DNA from: Ascidiella aspersa
Taxonomy: Eukaryota
Direction of reading: 5' to 3'
Assembly: GCA_963924565.1 (NCBI GenBank)
Contig: OZ004614.1
Coordinates: forward strand, 18,290,001-18,354,000
Length of the DNA stretch: 64,000 nucleotides
Under the pieces are notes generated by a model. That model did not search any database. It worked only from the letters and a program-made list of their open reading frames with translations, and was not told the origin of the DNA. Position 1 is the first letter of the stretch. Each line of letters starts with the position of its first letter. This document shows positions 34,801 through 48,360 of this stretch, one piece after another. A program made the translations under genes and the position numbers.

Positions 34801-37800
34801 TAGTATTTTTAAACGTGTAAAAGGAGTTGAGGCCGGGAGGCTCAGCATCTGGCTGAACTCGAACGCTTATAGTGCAAAGACAGTTTTCAGTACGTTGTTG
34901 TTGCTGCTGTTCGAGGTTCTTACAGTTGTGTCTGTCTACAAAAGTACAGACTTATTTATTCAGAGCTCAGAAAACTTTGGATTATTTTCGTCGAATCTTC
35001 AATCCTATGGATTTATTTCATCTCTGACCTGCCCTGCAAAAAGGTACACTTGTTTATTTCTTTTTCCACCCGCCTCGGGTCACCATTGTCAATATGGTTG
35101 AAGCCGGGCGTGAATGGATAAAAAACGTCTGCAAAGACTTTGATTTTAACCGGCTTATTGTCGACCGGACGGGAGAGGTGGAGGTCCACTTCTCCCCACC
35201 CCAGACAAGGCCTAAGATTTATGAACTCTTCGAGCAAATCCAGTTCGACTACAAGGACATCCTTGAAAGTTTCATACAAAAACCGAATGGTAAGCTTAAA
35301 ACCGAATGGAAGCTTAGAACCCTTCGTGTTGTCAAGGAAGCTGAACCATATCAGCCATCGCTACATACATACATATTCGAGTGCGCGTTACATGTACATC
35401 ACAATACCATGCACACAAGTTTGTAAAGTATTGAGAGGTGTTCTTCTCCTTCCACGGCCGCCAGCTCAGCTCGTAGACGCGCGTAGACGCGCGTAGACGC
35501 GCTGATACGGGTCAAGGTAGGTTATGTGCCAAACCGCCTAAACCCAAACACTGTAAAAGATTATTTTTCGGCCAAGGTAGCACCTTGCAAGTCGGTCAAA
35601 GACTTACGTGACTCACGCCGTATAACAGACGGTAAACTAACCTTAGACCTAGATCGTGCCACCGTGGAACATAAGCCAATCCCCAAGGAGATTAAGATGG
35701 GCCCCCACATTATTGGAGTTTTCTATCCGAACCAACCCGAAACATGTGAATACTGTAAGAGATCAGGTCACGTCATTGCAAATTGTGAAAAACTCGAAAA
35801 GAAAAACAAAGATAATGAAGAACGAGAAAGACTTGAAAGTTTACGCAAAGCCATAAGCAACGCTTACAAACCAGATAGGAACAATGTAACACTTGCAACC
35901 TTCTTAAATTAGGAAGTCGCAAGCCATGTGGAGGTCAGTTCGTCTCCCCTTCGGAGACCAGAGGACCTGGCCCACATTCTGCCAGCAGAATCCAGTACCC
36001 CAGGCGGAAGGAGACCTCCAAGGAACATCCCACCCGCAAACCTACCATCAGGAGGTACCAGCTCTACATCAGCAAAGTCCAGCACTGACAGCTCACACAC
36101 AACAGCATCGGAGGAGGTAGAGCAGGAGCATGTACATGGAGAGGAGCCGGAGGAGCCATAAGGAGGAGGAGCATGAGGAGCAGCATGTGGAGGAACATGA
36201 GGAGGAGCAGGAGAAGGAGCTTGGAGAAAACACCAATTTCGACCAACAGTCGGATAAAGGTACGTACACCTTTGCTTTCGGGCAACAAACGGCCACCCGA
36301 TCGTTCACCCTCTGACTTAGAGGGAAACCCCAAGGCCCCAACCAAATGTATTGCTTGTCATTGCCAAGGATTCCATAACTTATTGTGTCCAATTGCCCCA
36401 GAAGATGCCCTTTTTAAAGGGCTCAATCACATCACAGCGATATATCGTAACCTTCTTGTCCAAATAGTAACCTTTTACAACAACTTAAAAATAAAAATAA
36501 CAAAATGGCGTCAAAATTAAAAATCGCAACTTTTAATGTAAATGGTTTAAATAATGTAATTAAACGTAATGCTGTTTTCAAATACTTGAAGACTTTAAAC
36601 GTCAACATTTTAGTTTTGCAGGAGACCCACTCGACACCCCAGGTTGAGTCAACCTGCGGTGCTGAGTGGGCTCCGGGTGTAGGCTGTTTCAATTCTTGTC
36701 CCTCCGCAGGGTCTTCCTCAGGGGGGATCACCATTTTATTTCCCGCGTCCCCACTTACCCCTGTAGATATCTTCTCAGATCTCACCGGCAAAATTATATC
36801 CTGTAATATTAATACTCTGACCCAATACCATTCATTTAACCAATATATATGCCCCGTCCGGTAAAATCAATTACTTGGCCAACAACAAATTTTTCGACAA
36901 CCTTTACCCGTATGTAAGCTCCCCCCACCCCACCATATTAACGGGAGATCAACTGCGTCTTACAGCCCCACCTTGACAAACACCCCCCAAAACCAACCCG
37001 TCACCTCAACAAACCCTTAATTCCCTGTTAGACACCCTTACCCTCACCGACACCTTCCGTACCCTTAACCCCTACGCTAAAACCTTCACCCGTCGTACCC
37101 ATAATTCCCAATCCCGCCTCGACCGATTTTATGTTACCCCCAACATCACCCCCGTTAACCACACCTTCACCCCAAACCCCTTCTCAGACCATGATATAGT
37201 CACCCTTACCCTAGATATCCCCATCTCTCCCCCCAGAGGCTACGGCCTCTGGAAGAACGACATCCGCACCCTTACCCACCCAGACTTCCAAATCCCACTT
37301 TATGTTAAATTTAACCGGCTAAAATCAATACAACAGGACCCACTTGATTTTTGGATCCTAGTAAAAACCCAAATTGCTCACCTCCATAAAGAAATTGCTA
37401 AAAAACTTAAAGTAGAAAAATCCCGGGAAATAGCCCATAAACATTCAACCCTTGTACCCTTAACTACCCCCAAACCGTTGCTACTTTCCAAAAATTAAAA
37501 CGCGAACTCAACCAATATTACATGGAAAAATCAAAACAAGACCTCCTCTTAAAGGCAAAGGTTGATAATATGGAAAATAAAAACGTCCCCAATAAAGCCC
37601 TTTATACTTGTGTGTTGCCCCAAAAACAAAAAACCCATATCAACGAGCTACTGGTTGATTTCCATCTCTCCCATACCACCCCCACCGAACTCTAGCGGAT
37701 AAATTTTACAAAAATATGTACGACTGCCCCCCAACCCCCCAGACCCAAATTGACCCCTTCCTCCACAACCATACCCCAATCCCTGACCAACTTCACCATT

Positions 37801-40557
37801 CCCTCACCCAACCCATCACCCGCCGCGAAATCAGAAACGTAATTAAGACCTTCCCGCCCGGTAAAACCCCCGGGCCCGACAGTCTCAGCATCGAGTTTTA
37901 CGCTGAATGCTGGGATCTCATCGGGCCTTTCCTCACCCTCACCCTCAACCATGCTTACCTCGCCCCAACCCTCCCCACCTATTTTACCCACGGAGCCATA
38001 ACCCTCATACCCAAAACCCCCGCTGCCAACACTCTCGCCAACTATCGTCCCTATTTCTCTTCTAAACACAGATCTCAAAATCCTTAACAAAATTTTAAAT
38101 CAACGTATTAAGTCTCATTTAAAACATTTCCTCTCTCCCCTTCAACACGCACAACCCGGAAAAAATACCTCCACAGCTTCCACCCTCATCCGCGACCTTC
38201 ACTACCATGCCACCCAGAGTAAAATACCCCCGCCTACTTCATATCCCTTGATTTCAAAAAAGCCTTTGATTCGATAACACGCCCCGATCTCTCACACATC
38301 CTCACCGCCCGCAACTTTCCCCCAGCCTTTCTAAATTACATATATAACACCCAGATTTTAGCCACATCCGCCATTTTATTAAATGGCTTCCCAACTGAAC
38401 CCGTGGCGATCAGAAGAGGTGTGAGACAAGGCGACCCGCTGAGTCTCACCCTCTTCCTGATCGCCCTCGACCCCCTTTTAAAGAACATACAAAACAACCC
38501 CTTCATCTCCCACCCCACCCGCAACCCGCCCAAACTCGTGGCATACGCCGACAATGTCACCCTCACCCTAGCCTACCCACATTCCCTACCCCCACTATTT
38601 GACACCCTGGCAAAATTTTAAGACATATCAGGTCTACACTCAACCCCCTCAAAACAAAAGCCACATATACCATAACCATACCCCCTCCCTACCACAACCT
38701 ACCCCAAATCGACTGGAATCCTTTATCAATTTCTCCCCTCAACATACCCATCGGACATCCCACCCAAATCACCCAAGCATGGCAAACCTCATACACTAAC
38801 TTCAAAAACAAGATCGCACAAATCACACATCCGTTTCTAACCTTTGACTCCAAATCCATTCTCTCTAAAACCATCCTCCTCCCCAATTTTACACAACTGG
38901 CTGCCGTTTATCCTCTACCAAACCCACTAAGAAATAAAATCAACCAAAAAACACTACAATATATTACCGGTCCCCGCAACCCCTCCATCCCTCTCGACAC
39001 CCTGGCGGCCAGTCGCCAACATACCCCTATATACCTGGACTTATACCTTATTTGTGTAATCGCCCCCTACCTCATTCACTGCACCCCTTCCGACACTCAA
39101 ACCCAAATTATTGAGTACAATCTAGGAATTCCCCTCTCAAAAAAATATGACTTTAGGCTTAAAAATACTGTCCCACATACCATATTCCCATCGCGATACT
39201 ATAAACAAATTTGGACCCTAATAAATAAATATAATCCCATTTTGAATGAAATCACATGTTCCAAAATAAAACCCCTTTACCTACGCCTTACTATACCCCA
39301 CAGATACTCCAACCAAACCCCAACTACAACCCCCCCCCCCAACTGGACCCAAATTCACCATCCCAACCACCTTCGGACCTTTAACTATAAATTAGCCCAC
39401 AATGCCATGCCCATCAAGTCCAATCAATACCCGCCAAAATATCCTTTCCCAACCCCAATTGTCCCCTCTGCCACAAAAGATATGAATCTGATGCACACCT
39501 ATTTCACCAATGCTCCCAAATTCAACCCCTTCTCACCCACGTTAAAAACTTCTATTTTAATTTCACCTCCCTCCCCACAACCTTTTTCGACTCCCATGCC
39601 CACATCTATTTTGTTACCCCACCCCACCCCCCACTCCCCCAAAATGCACCGTCCTTCATCACACAATATGGAAAACCTGATAAAAAAGTCATAAACCCAG
39701 ACCCGCAACCTACCCCACCCCAAAACCTAATATTGCGTTTTAATATGTCAATTCAATCCCCGTGCAAAATTGAACAGGCCAAACCCAACTCCCCCCCACA
39801 TTGTCCTGTTCGTTAAACTGACTTCCCTCCTTTAATACCAACTGACCCCTCCTCTCCTACCAAGCTAAATTGTCCCAGCCCCAGGTGAAACCAAAACCAT
39901 AGGTCTGCCCTAACCCCTTCTTTAAATTTTATGTTTACCTCTGTTTTACTTTTAGCCTTTTTTTTCCTTGTCTATCTTGTTATTCGGTTTCAATTATTTA
40001 TTCAAATTAGGAAAAAGTTACCCTACTGTCTTTGCTCGCCTGTTCCAATGAGACGCCATTTTGTTTTTCGGACCGCCATTTTTTTTTTTATTGATCCTTT
40101 GTCTGATATGAACAATATATTTTAAGGCGGCATCGCACTGGCATACCTTGTTTAGCCTGTCATGTCTTTCTTCGAGAGCTCTGTTAGCCCGAAAAAATTT
40201 TAAAATTTCAAAATGTACATCCTCAGACGAGGGGAGCTATGAAATACACAGAGCAACATGTCAAGTAACACGCAGACCTGCTGACGCATACTCCTCTTGG
40301 TAGGGGGAGTAAAAAGCAGGTCAACCATAAACTCTCCCTTTTTTTAAAATAACCCATCAAACTACATGTGCAAATAAATTTAAATTTTTACGCACCCATA
40401 TCCATTTATCGTTTCATATCCTCTTTACCGCTTATATCTTTTCAACCCGATTCCAAAATAAAAAACCGAAAAAGGGGCAATGATGAGCCCAAACCAAAGG
40501 GGTGGTTAGCAAATTGCCAACCCCACCACCCCTGAGGTACCTGAGCCCTCAAAAAAA
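34801..40557 (+). mobile_element. Family G: decayed full-length E-like element at H2B codon 12
   Basis: Follows CTGTCAAG; ORF1 remnants 35094-36470, ORF2 remnants from 36505; C/D module 40474-40549; A7 tail. Confidence 0.82.
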
Positions 40558-42950
40558 TGAACCTTATATTGTCAGACAGTCGCGAATTATATCTGCGACT
40601 TATTTGCTGCTACCAAGTCGGGTAGCGAAAAGCTATTTTTGCGTAAAGACGCAATTTGGATTACTGTCTTCATTTTCAACCCTCTTGGAATTGGATTAGC
40701 GCGGCTGCGCCATCAACCCTGCAACCAGGTGTGACAATTTTCATTTCTTAAACTGTCTAAATTAGCCGTATCTTGCCATCCTGCTGCACCGGATCCGCCA
40801 TTTTGTTTCTCACATCGAGGCTTAAAAAGAGTCCTGCGGGAAATTTGTAATCCATAAAGGAATGATACAGCTCCCCAGTGGTCGAGTACAATTTGTTTGC
40901 ACCACTGCTGAAAAAGCGTCAGAGTTGGCCCAGCTTTTGAAGCCAATAATCAGATATGCCGAGGTCTTTAACCCCCACACAATTAAAATCCGCTAAGCTA
41001 TGTCCCTATCCGCTTAACGGACAAAGCATTGGTAAGAATCTTCTTGATTAAATTTGCAACCTGCCTCCGTTCACGGGATATGCAGGACTCATATGGCGAC
41101 AAGAACGGGAAACGAGAGCTTGTAGTAATTAGATCCGAAGTAAGCCTGGATAGGCCCCTTCAAAATAGGAATCTTGTACGACCATCAACCAATGTTTTGC
41201 AAATACTGTAAGGAACAGAACAATGAAGTAGACCATTGCGCCAAGCTTGAAGAAAAAAAGAAATCCCTTTAAGATAAAAAAGCACTTGATCGAAAAGCGG
41301 CTGGCCTTTACCCAGGCCTTTAGCACCAGAATCCAACATTCAGTACAATACTAGAAAATATGGAACAATTCCCTAATTTAGGGGCAAAACTGGCCAACAA
41401 CATCTTCTTAGGCGGTGTTAGACCGGAAAACATCCCAAAAGGTACAAGTACCCCAACTCAAACATACCCCCCAATGACCCCCCCGAACACTCAAAAAAAA
41501 CAGCCTCAGACCCACCATCTAGCCATGACGAACACAAAAAGTCCGACTCAGATCTGTCATCTGTCCACGCCCACCTCGGAGACCCACCGCGCCTCTGGAG
41601 GTGTAGCCATTTTATTTAATTCCCCCACCTTTACCCCAATAAACATCGCTTCAGACATGGCCGGAAAAATTCTGACATGCTACATACCAAATTTCCACCC
41701 AACCCTCCACATAACCAACATATATACGCCCCATCCGGAGCAAAAAATAAAAACGCCAACCTCAATTTTCTTGAAAACCTATACCCATACTTATCATCCC
41801 AATTTCCAATAGTACTTGCAGGTGATTTCAACTGCGTACTACAGCCCCACCTGGACATATACCCCCCCCCCAAACCGCCCGCCATGCGAATAAAGCCCTG
41901 GCTACACTTATTATGACAAAACAACCTGATCGACCCAAATACAGAACCGCAAACCCCGACACCCAAATATACACCAGAAGACAAATCAATACCCAATCAC
42001 GCATCGACCGCTTTTATACTTCCACAGATGTCACAGCCACCAATCACTCAGTTATCCCTTTACCCCTCTCCGACCACGACCTAGTATCAATTACAATAAC
42101 CCTCAATATACCCACACGCCCACCCAGAGGCCACGGCCTCTGGAAAATCAACATCAAAACCCTCACCCACCCAAATTTTAAAACCAAATTCCAAATAAAA
42201 CTCCACTGGCTAAACACACTAAAACAGGACTATGGCCCGCTCAGTTTCTGGACCCTAATAAAGAAAAGAGCTGCCACCCTCCATAAAACAATACATAAAG
42301 AGATTAACATTAGTAACTCCCGGGAAATAGCCCAAAAACACTCGGACCTAGCCAAATTAAGGGAGCAAATAAATCCCAGCAACTATCAGCAAATCTTTGT
42401 TAAGTTCCAGAAACTGAAGCGCGAACTAAACAAACACTACATAGAAAAAGCACGTCACGACCTTTTAAAAGCTAAAGCAAACGAACTCGCAAAATAAAAA
42501 CCTTTCAACCAAAACCTTCTACGAACTGGTAAAATACCCCAAAAACAAAGAACATCAAGGAACTATTAGATGAAAATTGGTAAGACCCCCACGCAACCCG
42601 TCACACTTACTGAAATCCGACATGCAATAAAAACCTTCCCATCTGGTAAGACCCCCGGGCCCGATGGTCTCAGCATTGAGTTTTATAACGAGTGCTGGGA
42701 TTTCGTCAGGCCCCACCTCCTCCCCGCAAGTTTCACAGAAGGCGCAATCATACTGATTCCCAAAACCCAAGACGCCAACACCCTTTCAAATTTCCGCCCC
42801 ATCTCACTTTTAAATACAGATCTTAAAATCCTCAACAAATTTCTAAAACACCAGGATCAAACCCCACCTAAAACACTTTATTTCCCCGAACCAACATGCC
42901 ACATCCACTGCCTCCAACCTCCTTCGCGACCTATACCACTTCTCCACCCA
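40558..42950 (+). mobile_element. Decayed, internally deleted family A-like copy
   Basis: 5'UTR matches ~1830-2010 (GGATTAGCGCGGCTGCGCCATCAACCCTGCAACCAGGTGTGA); ORF1, EN and RT remnants. Confidence 0.82.
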
Positions 42951-43029
42951 AACTGCGTACTTGACTCTCAGACCTTGACAACTGCCCCCCCCCCCCCCCC
43001 CCCGAAAAGAGAAACCCTTTAAGCAATTC

Positions 43030-46000
43030 ACTAAAATCACTAATAAAAACCTTTGACCCCGACTCAATCGGTTTTATACTTCGAACATGGTAAACCCAAT
43101 ACAAATTTGCCCCATCCCCATTCTCTGACCACGACACCTTTACAATTAAATTAAACATCCCCGTAAGACCCCCAAAAAGCCATGGACCGTGGAAAAACAA
43201 CATCGAGACCCTTAAGGACATAAAATTTCAAGCTGCCCTCCAACATAAATATAAAGTATGGAACACCCTTAAGCACAAGACTTTGACCCCCTCAATTTTT
43301 GGATCTTGATAAAAGAAAAAGTTGCCCTACTCCATAAAAAAATGTATAAACGTATTATTTGTAATAAGACCCGGGAATTAGCCCAAAAACAATTGGAATT
43401 TTCAAACCTCAGAGAGCAACTTTCCTCTCGTAACGACCCGCAACTTTTTGCCAACTTCCAAAAATTGAAAAAAATAACTAAACAAATATCATATGCAAAA
43501 AACAGAAATGCCCTATTAAAAGCCAAAGCGAACGATTTGGAAACACGAAACTATGCCGACAAAACATTATATGAAAAACTCTTACCCCAAAAACGAAAAA
43601 TGGCTATCGTCGAACTGATTGATGAACAGTACTATTTGCCCCATACCACAACGCGAGAAATTTTAAACCTGACTAAAACCTTTTATCAAACGTTATACAA
43701 CCCGAACCCCTATAAAACACCCACCATGACCAATTTAGAGAATGCCACCCCCCAATTCCGGATAAACTCCACGACACCCTAGTTAGACCAATCCCCTGCC
43801 ACGAAATAAAAAGCGCAATAAAAACTTTCAAAACCAGTAAAACCCCGGGCCCAGATGGACTCAGTATTGAATTTCACTTGGAACACTGGGACCTTATTAA
43901 AACCGAACTGACGGAAGCCCTAAATTATGCCTCAACATCACAATCTCTTCCCACCAAATTTACTGCTGGCTTTATAACGATAATACACACAAAGCAAAAG
44001 AAACAACCGACTTGCGAAACTACCGGCCAATTTCCCTCCTTAACACCGATCTAAAAATCCTCGATAAAATCTTAAATACCAGAATAATACCACACCTAGG
44101 CAGTATAATAATACCCCAACATCAACACGCTCAACCCCTAAAAAACTCGTCCACAGCGGCCATCTGCCTTAGAGATATATACAATTCGGCCAAAAACCGC
44201 ACAACTCCATCCTACCTCATTTCATTAGACTTTAAAAAAGCATTTGACTCAATCAACTATAATTGGATAATCAACACTCTAGAAAAAATAAATTTCCCCA
44301 AAACCTTTATAAGATACATACACACGTGTCAGCAGTCGGCCAGCTCCAAAATTCTTGTCAATGGACATCAAACGGAAAGTGTAGACTTCAGGAGGGGAGT
44401 GAGACAGGGAGACACCCTTAGCCTCACCCTTTTCTTGATGGCAGTCCACCCCTTTATACAAAAAATACATAGACACCCAGGGGATAATTGCAGCACCGAC
44501 CCCCACCTCACCAAAATGCGTAGCATATGCCGACGACATAACACTTACAATTTCACACCCACACTCCATTCATAACTTATTCCAAACACTAGAAAATTTC
44601 AAAGACATCTCAGGACTATCATTAAACCCAACACAGACCTAATCAGGAAATACACCCCATCAATAACTGAATTGACGTGTCCAAAAATAACCCCAATCTA
44701 CCGTAGAATAAAACCCCCCTCAAACACCATCCCCCCATCTCCATATTACAACCCTCCGAACAGGGCATAAATCCAGAGCCGGATTCTCCCCCCATATCTG
44801 AGAACGTTTAATTATAAACTCGCCTACAAGGCCCTCCCCACCAAAGTGAATCAGATGCCAAACGATCCGATGGCAGAACCCAACTGCTACCTACGCCACA
44901 ACACATACGAAACCGACATTCACCTCTTTCATACCTGCCCCAAAATCCAAGACCTGCTCAACCACGTAAAACAGATACACAAGAACATAACCGGCTAAGA
45001 CACCCCTTTTTTTTATACAAGCTCTCACATATTTTTCGCCACACCAGCATGTCCCCCCCTTACCCAACAACGACCTCATAACAATAATTAACACAATCTT
45101 GCATTATACCATCTGGAAAACCAGGATAAAAAGAGCCATTAACCAGAACACAGAACCCCTTAACCCACAAACTTTGTTACAATCCTTTAACAGGTCTATG
45201 AGAGCAAGACACTCAATTGAAAGAGCTAGAGAAAACCCACAACACCTGGCACTATTTAGCCAAGTGCAAGATAATCTCTAAGGTTCCGTACCGCAACGAA
45301 ATCCAGTACGACCCCTTATTTCAAATCGCTGTAGAGGCTTTTCGTACTACCGCGAAACGGCAAAAAGCACATTGCCCTTACCGAAAACATGAGCGCCAAT
45401 ATTTTTCGTCCTTTAATAACTGGCCTCTGACACACTGACGCGTCGTACAGGTAAAATACCGGAAAAATCGAACATCAGGTACTATTTGTGACACATACCC
45501 CCATCGAGGATAGTAAACCCCTTTTCCATTCTGGGTTACCGCCCCTTTGTGCACCTTTTAGCCTATTATTCCTCCCTGACACAGTGATACTTGAGAGAGT
45601 GCATCTCATGGATTACGTACCACAACGAGACTGCGACCCTCACTTGAAACGTGAGCTTTCACTTCTTTACCCTTATTCGCCTTTATTTTCTACATTTATT
45701 GTAATCACATTATACTCCCCGTTTTCCGTATCTTATAACACCGCTGCGCCAAGTTCATGCCCTCAAGATATGAGTGAATCCTTATTATTACCCCGTTTTT
45801 CGTATTTTGTAACACCGTTGTGCCAAGTCCATGCCCTCAATATATGAATGAATCTTTATAATTACCCTTGTTCGTATTTTTGTAACACCTCCACACCAAG
45901 TCTATGCCCTCAAGATATGAGTGAATTTTTATTATTACCCCTTCTCCGTATTTTTTTAACACCGCCACGCCAAGTCCATGCCCTCAAGATATGAGTGGAA

Positions 46001-46233
46001 ATTTATTACTATTGAATATTTCAACTTACCGATGTTGTTAAGTATGTATCGTTACTTGATTACCGTATGTTTTTGTCTGATTACCCGTACGACGCTAGCG
46101 CCACACAAAATAAAACATTGCAAAGGGCAATGATGCTCCCCACCTCGGAGGCCGACAATTGGCGACAAATAATTGTCGACCCAAAACACCCGAGGGTCTC
46201 TGAGCCCTCAGTAAAAAAAAAAGTAGAAAAAAA
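43030..46233 (+). mobile_element. Family J: 3' part of a distinct element ending in the H1 5'UTR
   Basis: ORF2 remnants (NYRPISLLN, GVRQGD, YADD ~44526), C/D module 46124-46208, A-rich tail, then ATGGTCAAA-ATG of H1. 5' boundary approximate. Confidence 0.8.
45717..46010 (+). repeat. ~73-bp tandem repeat (x4) in the family J 3'UTR
   Basis: Repeated AACACC..CCAAGT(C/T)CATGCCCTCAAGATATGAGTGAA core. Confidence 0.85.
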
Positions 46234-46242
46234 ATGGTCAAA

Positions 46243-46423
46243 ATGTCAGGAGGCGCAGGAGATAGTAGCAAGCCGAAAGCCAAGAAGGCACCGCCGACCC
46301 CGGCGACCCATCCCACCTACCAGGTGATGGTCACCGCCGTCATTGCACAGCTTAAAGAAAGAAACGGCTCGTCCCGACAGAAGATTGTCGAGTACGTCAA
46401 GGACAACCAACAGGTCAGCAACA
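46243..46423 (+). pseudogene. H1 5' fragment fused to the 3' half of a family C element
   Basis: [15 protein letters not shown]...RQKIVEYVKDN matches ~8196-8377, then switches to family C sequence. Confidence 0.9.
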
Positions 46424-46966
46424 ACAGCAACAACAGCCTGCGACAACACAGCGGCAATCGACACCAAACAGCAAGAGGACGACTCCACCAAACGACCAAG
46501 AAGCAGCGGCAACACCCCTCCCGAGAACGACCAAAGGCTGAAGAAGACAGACTGCACCTGCCACCGTCCGAAATAATTCCTTTCGATGAAACAGAGGATT
46601 CTTACATCATCTGCTCCTGCAGCGGTTTAGCGGGATTTCCAGAGGTGCACGCACCGACCGCATGCGGTAAATGCGGGAAGATCTTCCACCTGTGCGACGG
46701 TTGCGACAACACACACATGTGGCTCCCCAAAAGCCAGAAGTTTTGCCCCAAGTGCGGGACCCCCATAATCGACAGCCTCTCAAAAACCTTTACGGGTTGA
46801 CAGAGGTGTAGTAGTCTAGAGGGGTTCTTGCAGAGGGGCTCGTTATTTACATAATAATTGTTTGATTTAAACTTTTTATTTGCATATTTGTTTTCGTCTC
46901 GCCCGTTTTATTTCGTTCTTTTTCTCCCTTATTCGTCTTCTTTATTGATGCGAATAAACAAACATA
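46424..46966 (+). mobile_element. Family C copy 6, 3' half
   Basis: Cys-rich ORF1 C-terminus and family C 3' end followed by CTCCCGTCAA. Confidence 0.8.
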
Positions 46967-46976
46967 CTCCCGTCAA

Positions 46977-48313
46977 TTCACTCGAGAAACAAACACTCGA
47001 AGCATACAAGTGTATGAAGGTTCTATTCCCAAGATGATGTCAAAGCCATGGAACATGGCCATTTCCCAGGGCAATCCTCATTTCGCCGCAGGGAATCCTC
47101 CCCTCATTGCAACGCCCCACAAGAAAAAAGTTTTCTCCCGCCGGACAGAAGTCGTCGCTAGGTTCCCATTCAAACGATCAAGAAACTACATCTACAGCCT
47201 CCTGAAATTGGTGTGTTTCGACACAAAGAACCTAGAGGGGATCGTCGAAAGAAAAGAAGGCTACACGGATTTTAAGTGTAAAACAGAAGAACAAGCTGAA
47301 GAAGAGCAGACCCGAAGTCAATCTTGCAAGGCGCTACGAAAGCAAGTACACCAGCGTGGAGATCTCACACGTTCCACCTCGCTTCAAAATCGGTATGCTG
47401 ATGGCATACATACAGAAAAACCACGGCACTGCTCTAGAGGCCAGAAAGTTAAAGGACGCCATCGCCGGACTACCTGACGGACGAATAAAAGCAGAGGTGC
47501 TGACGGAGCACCTGAAACAAAACCCTATCCCGGCAACCATCAGATGTGAAGGCCTCACATTTCCAGTAAGGTATTACCGACAACCGAAGCAGTGCTTCCA
47601 CTGCAGAGCCTACGGCCACATCCGGGCAAATTGCCCGACACGCCCACCACCAACGCAGCACAGAGGAACCCGACCCAGCGACAACTCGGAGAAGACCCCC
47701 GAGAACATGCCAGCGGACATCTCGTCAGAGAGCGAGGAAAAGACAAATAAAGAAGAAAAACCAGAGGAGGCAACATCCTCCAGCACAACAACACCCACAG
47801 CAACAACAGCCTACGGCAACACAGCGGCAACCGACACCAAACAGCCAGAGGACGACTCCACCAAACGACCAAGAAGTAGCGGCAACACCCCTCCCGAGAA
47901 CGATCAAAAGCGATCAAAGGCCGAAGATGACAGGTTATGCCTGCCGCAGTCCGAGGGGCCTTCTGTGGACAGGCCAGTGCGTGAATGCCGTGAATGCCTC
48001 GCGTGCGACTGCCAAGCTCTTGTGGATTTTCCAGAGTCGGGCACACCGACTGTATGCGACGCCTGCAAGAGGATCTTCCGCTGGTGCGATGGATGCAATT
48101 ATGCATACGTGTGGCATCCCAAAAGCCATAAGTCTTGCCCCACTTGCGGGACCTTCATACCGGACAGCCTCTTACAAACCCTCCCGGGTTAATTTGCATA
48201 ATCATTGTTTGATTTCAACGTTTTTATTTGCATATTTGTTTTCGTCTCGCCCGTTTTATTTCGTTCTTTTCCTCCTTATTCGTTTTCTTTATTGATGGGA
48301 ATAAACAAACATA
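46977..48313 (+). mobile_element. Family C copy 7, diverged
   Basis: Starts TTCACTCGAGAAACAA; ORF1 in two frames (47010-47477, 47356-48192); ends before CTCCCGTCAAAATG. Confidence 0.82.
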
Positions 48314-48324
48314 CTCCCGTCAAA

Positions 48325-48360
48325 ATGGCTACAAGCAAAGGCACAAAAAAGGCTGACAAG
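48325..48360 (+). pseudogene. H2B N-terminal remnant (12 codons)
   Basis: ATGGCTACAAGCAAAGGCACAAAAAAGGCTGACAAG. Confidence 0.85.

Noticed and set aside
35357-35500. Small insertion with (GTAGACGCGC)x3 in family G ORF1
   Set aside because: No convincing TSD or identity, so it cannot be classified.
45717-46010. CRISPR-like array
   Set aside because: Contiguous tandem units without unique spacers, in eukaryotic context with no cas genes.
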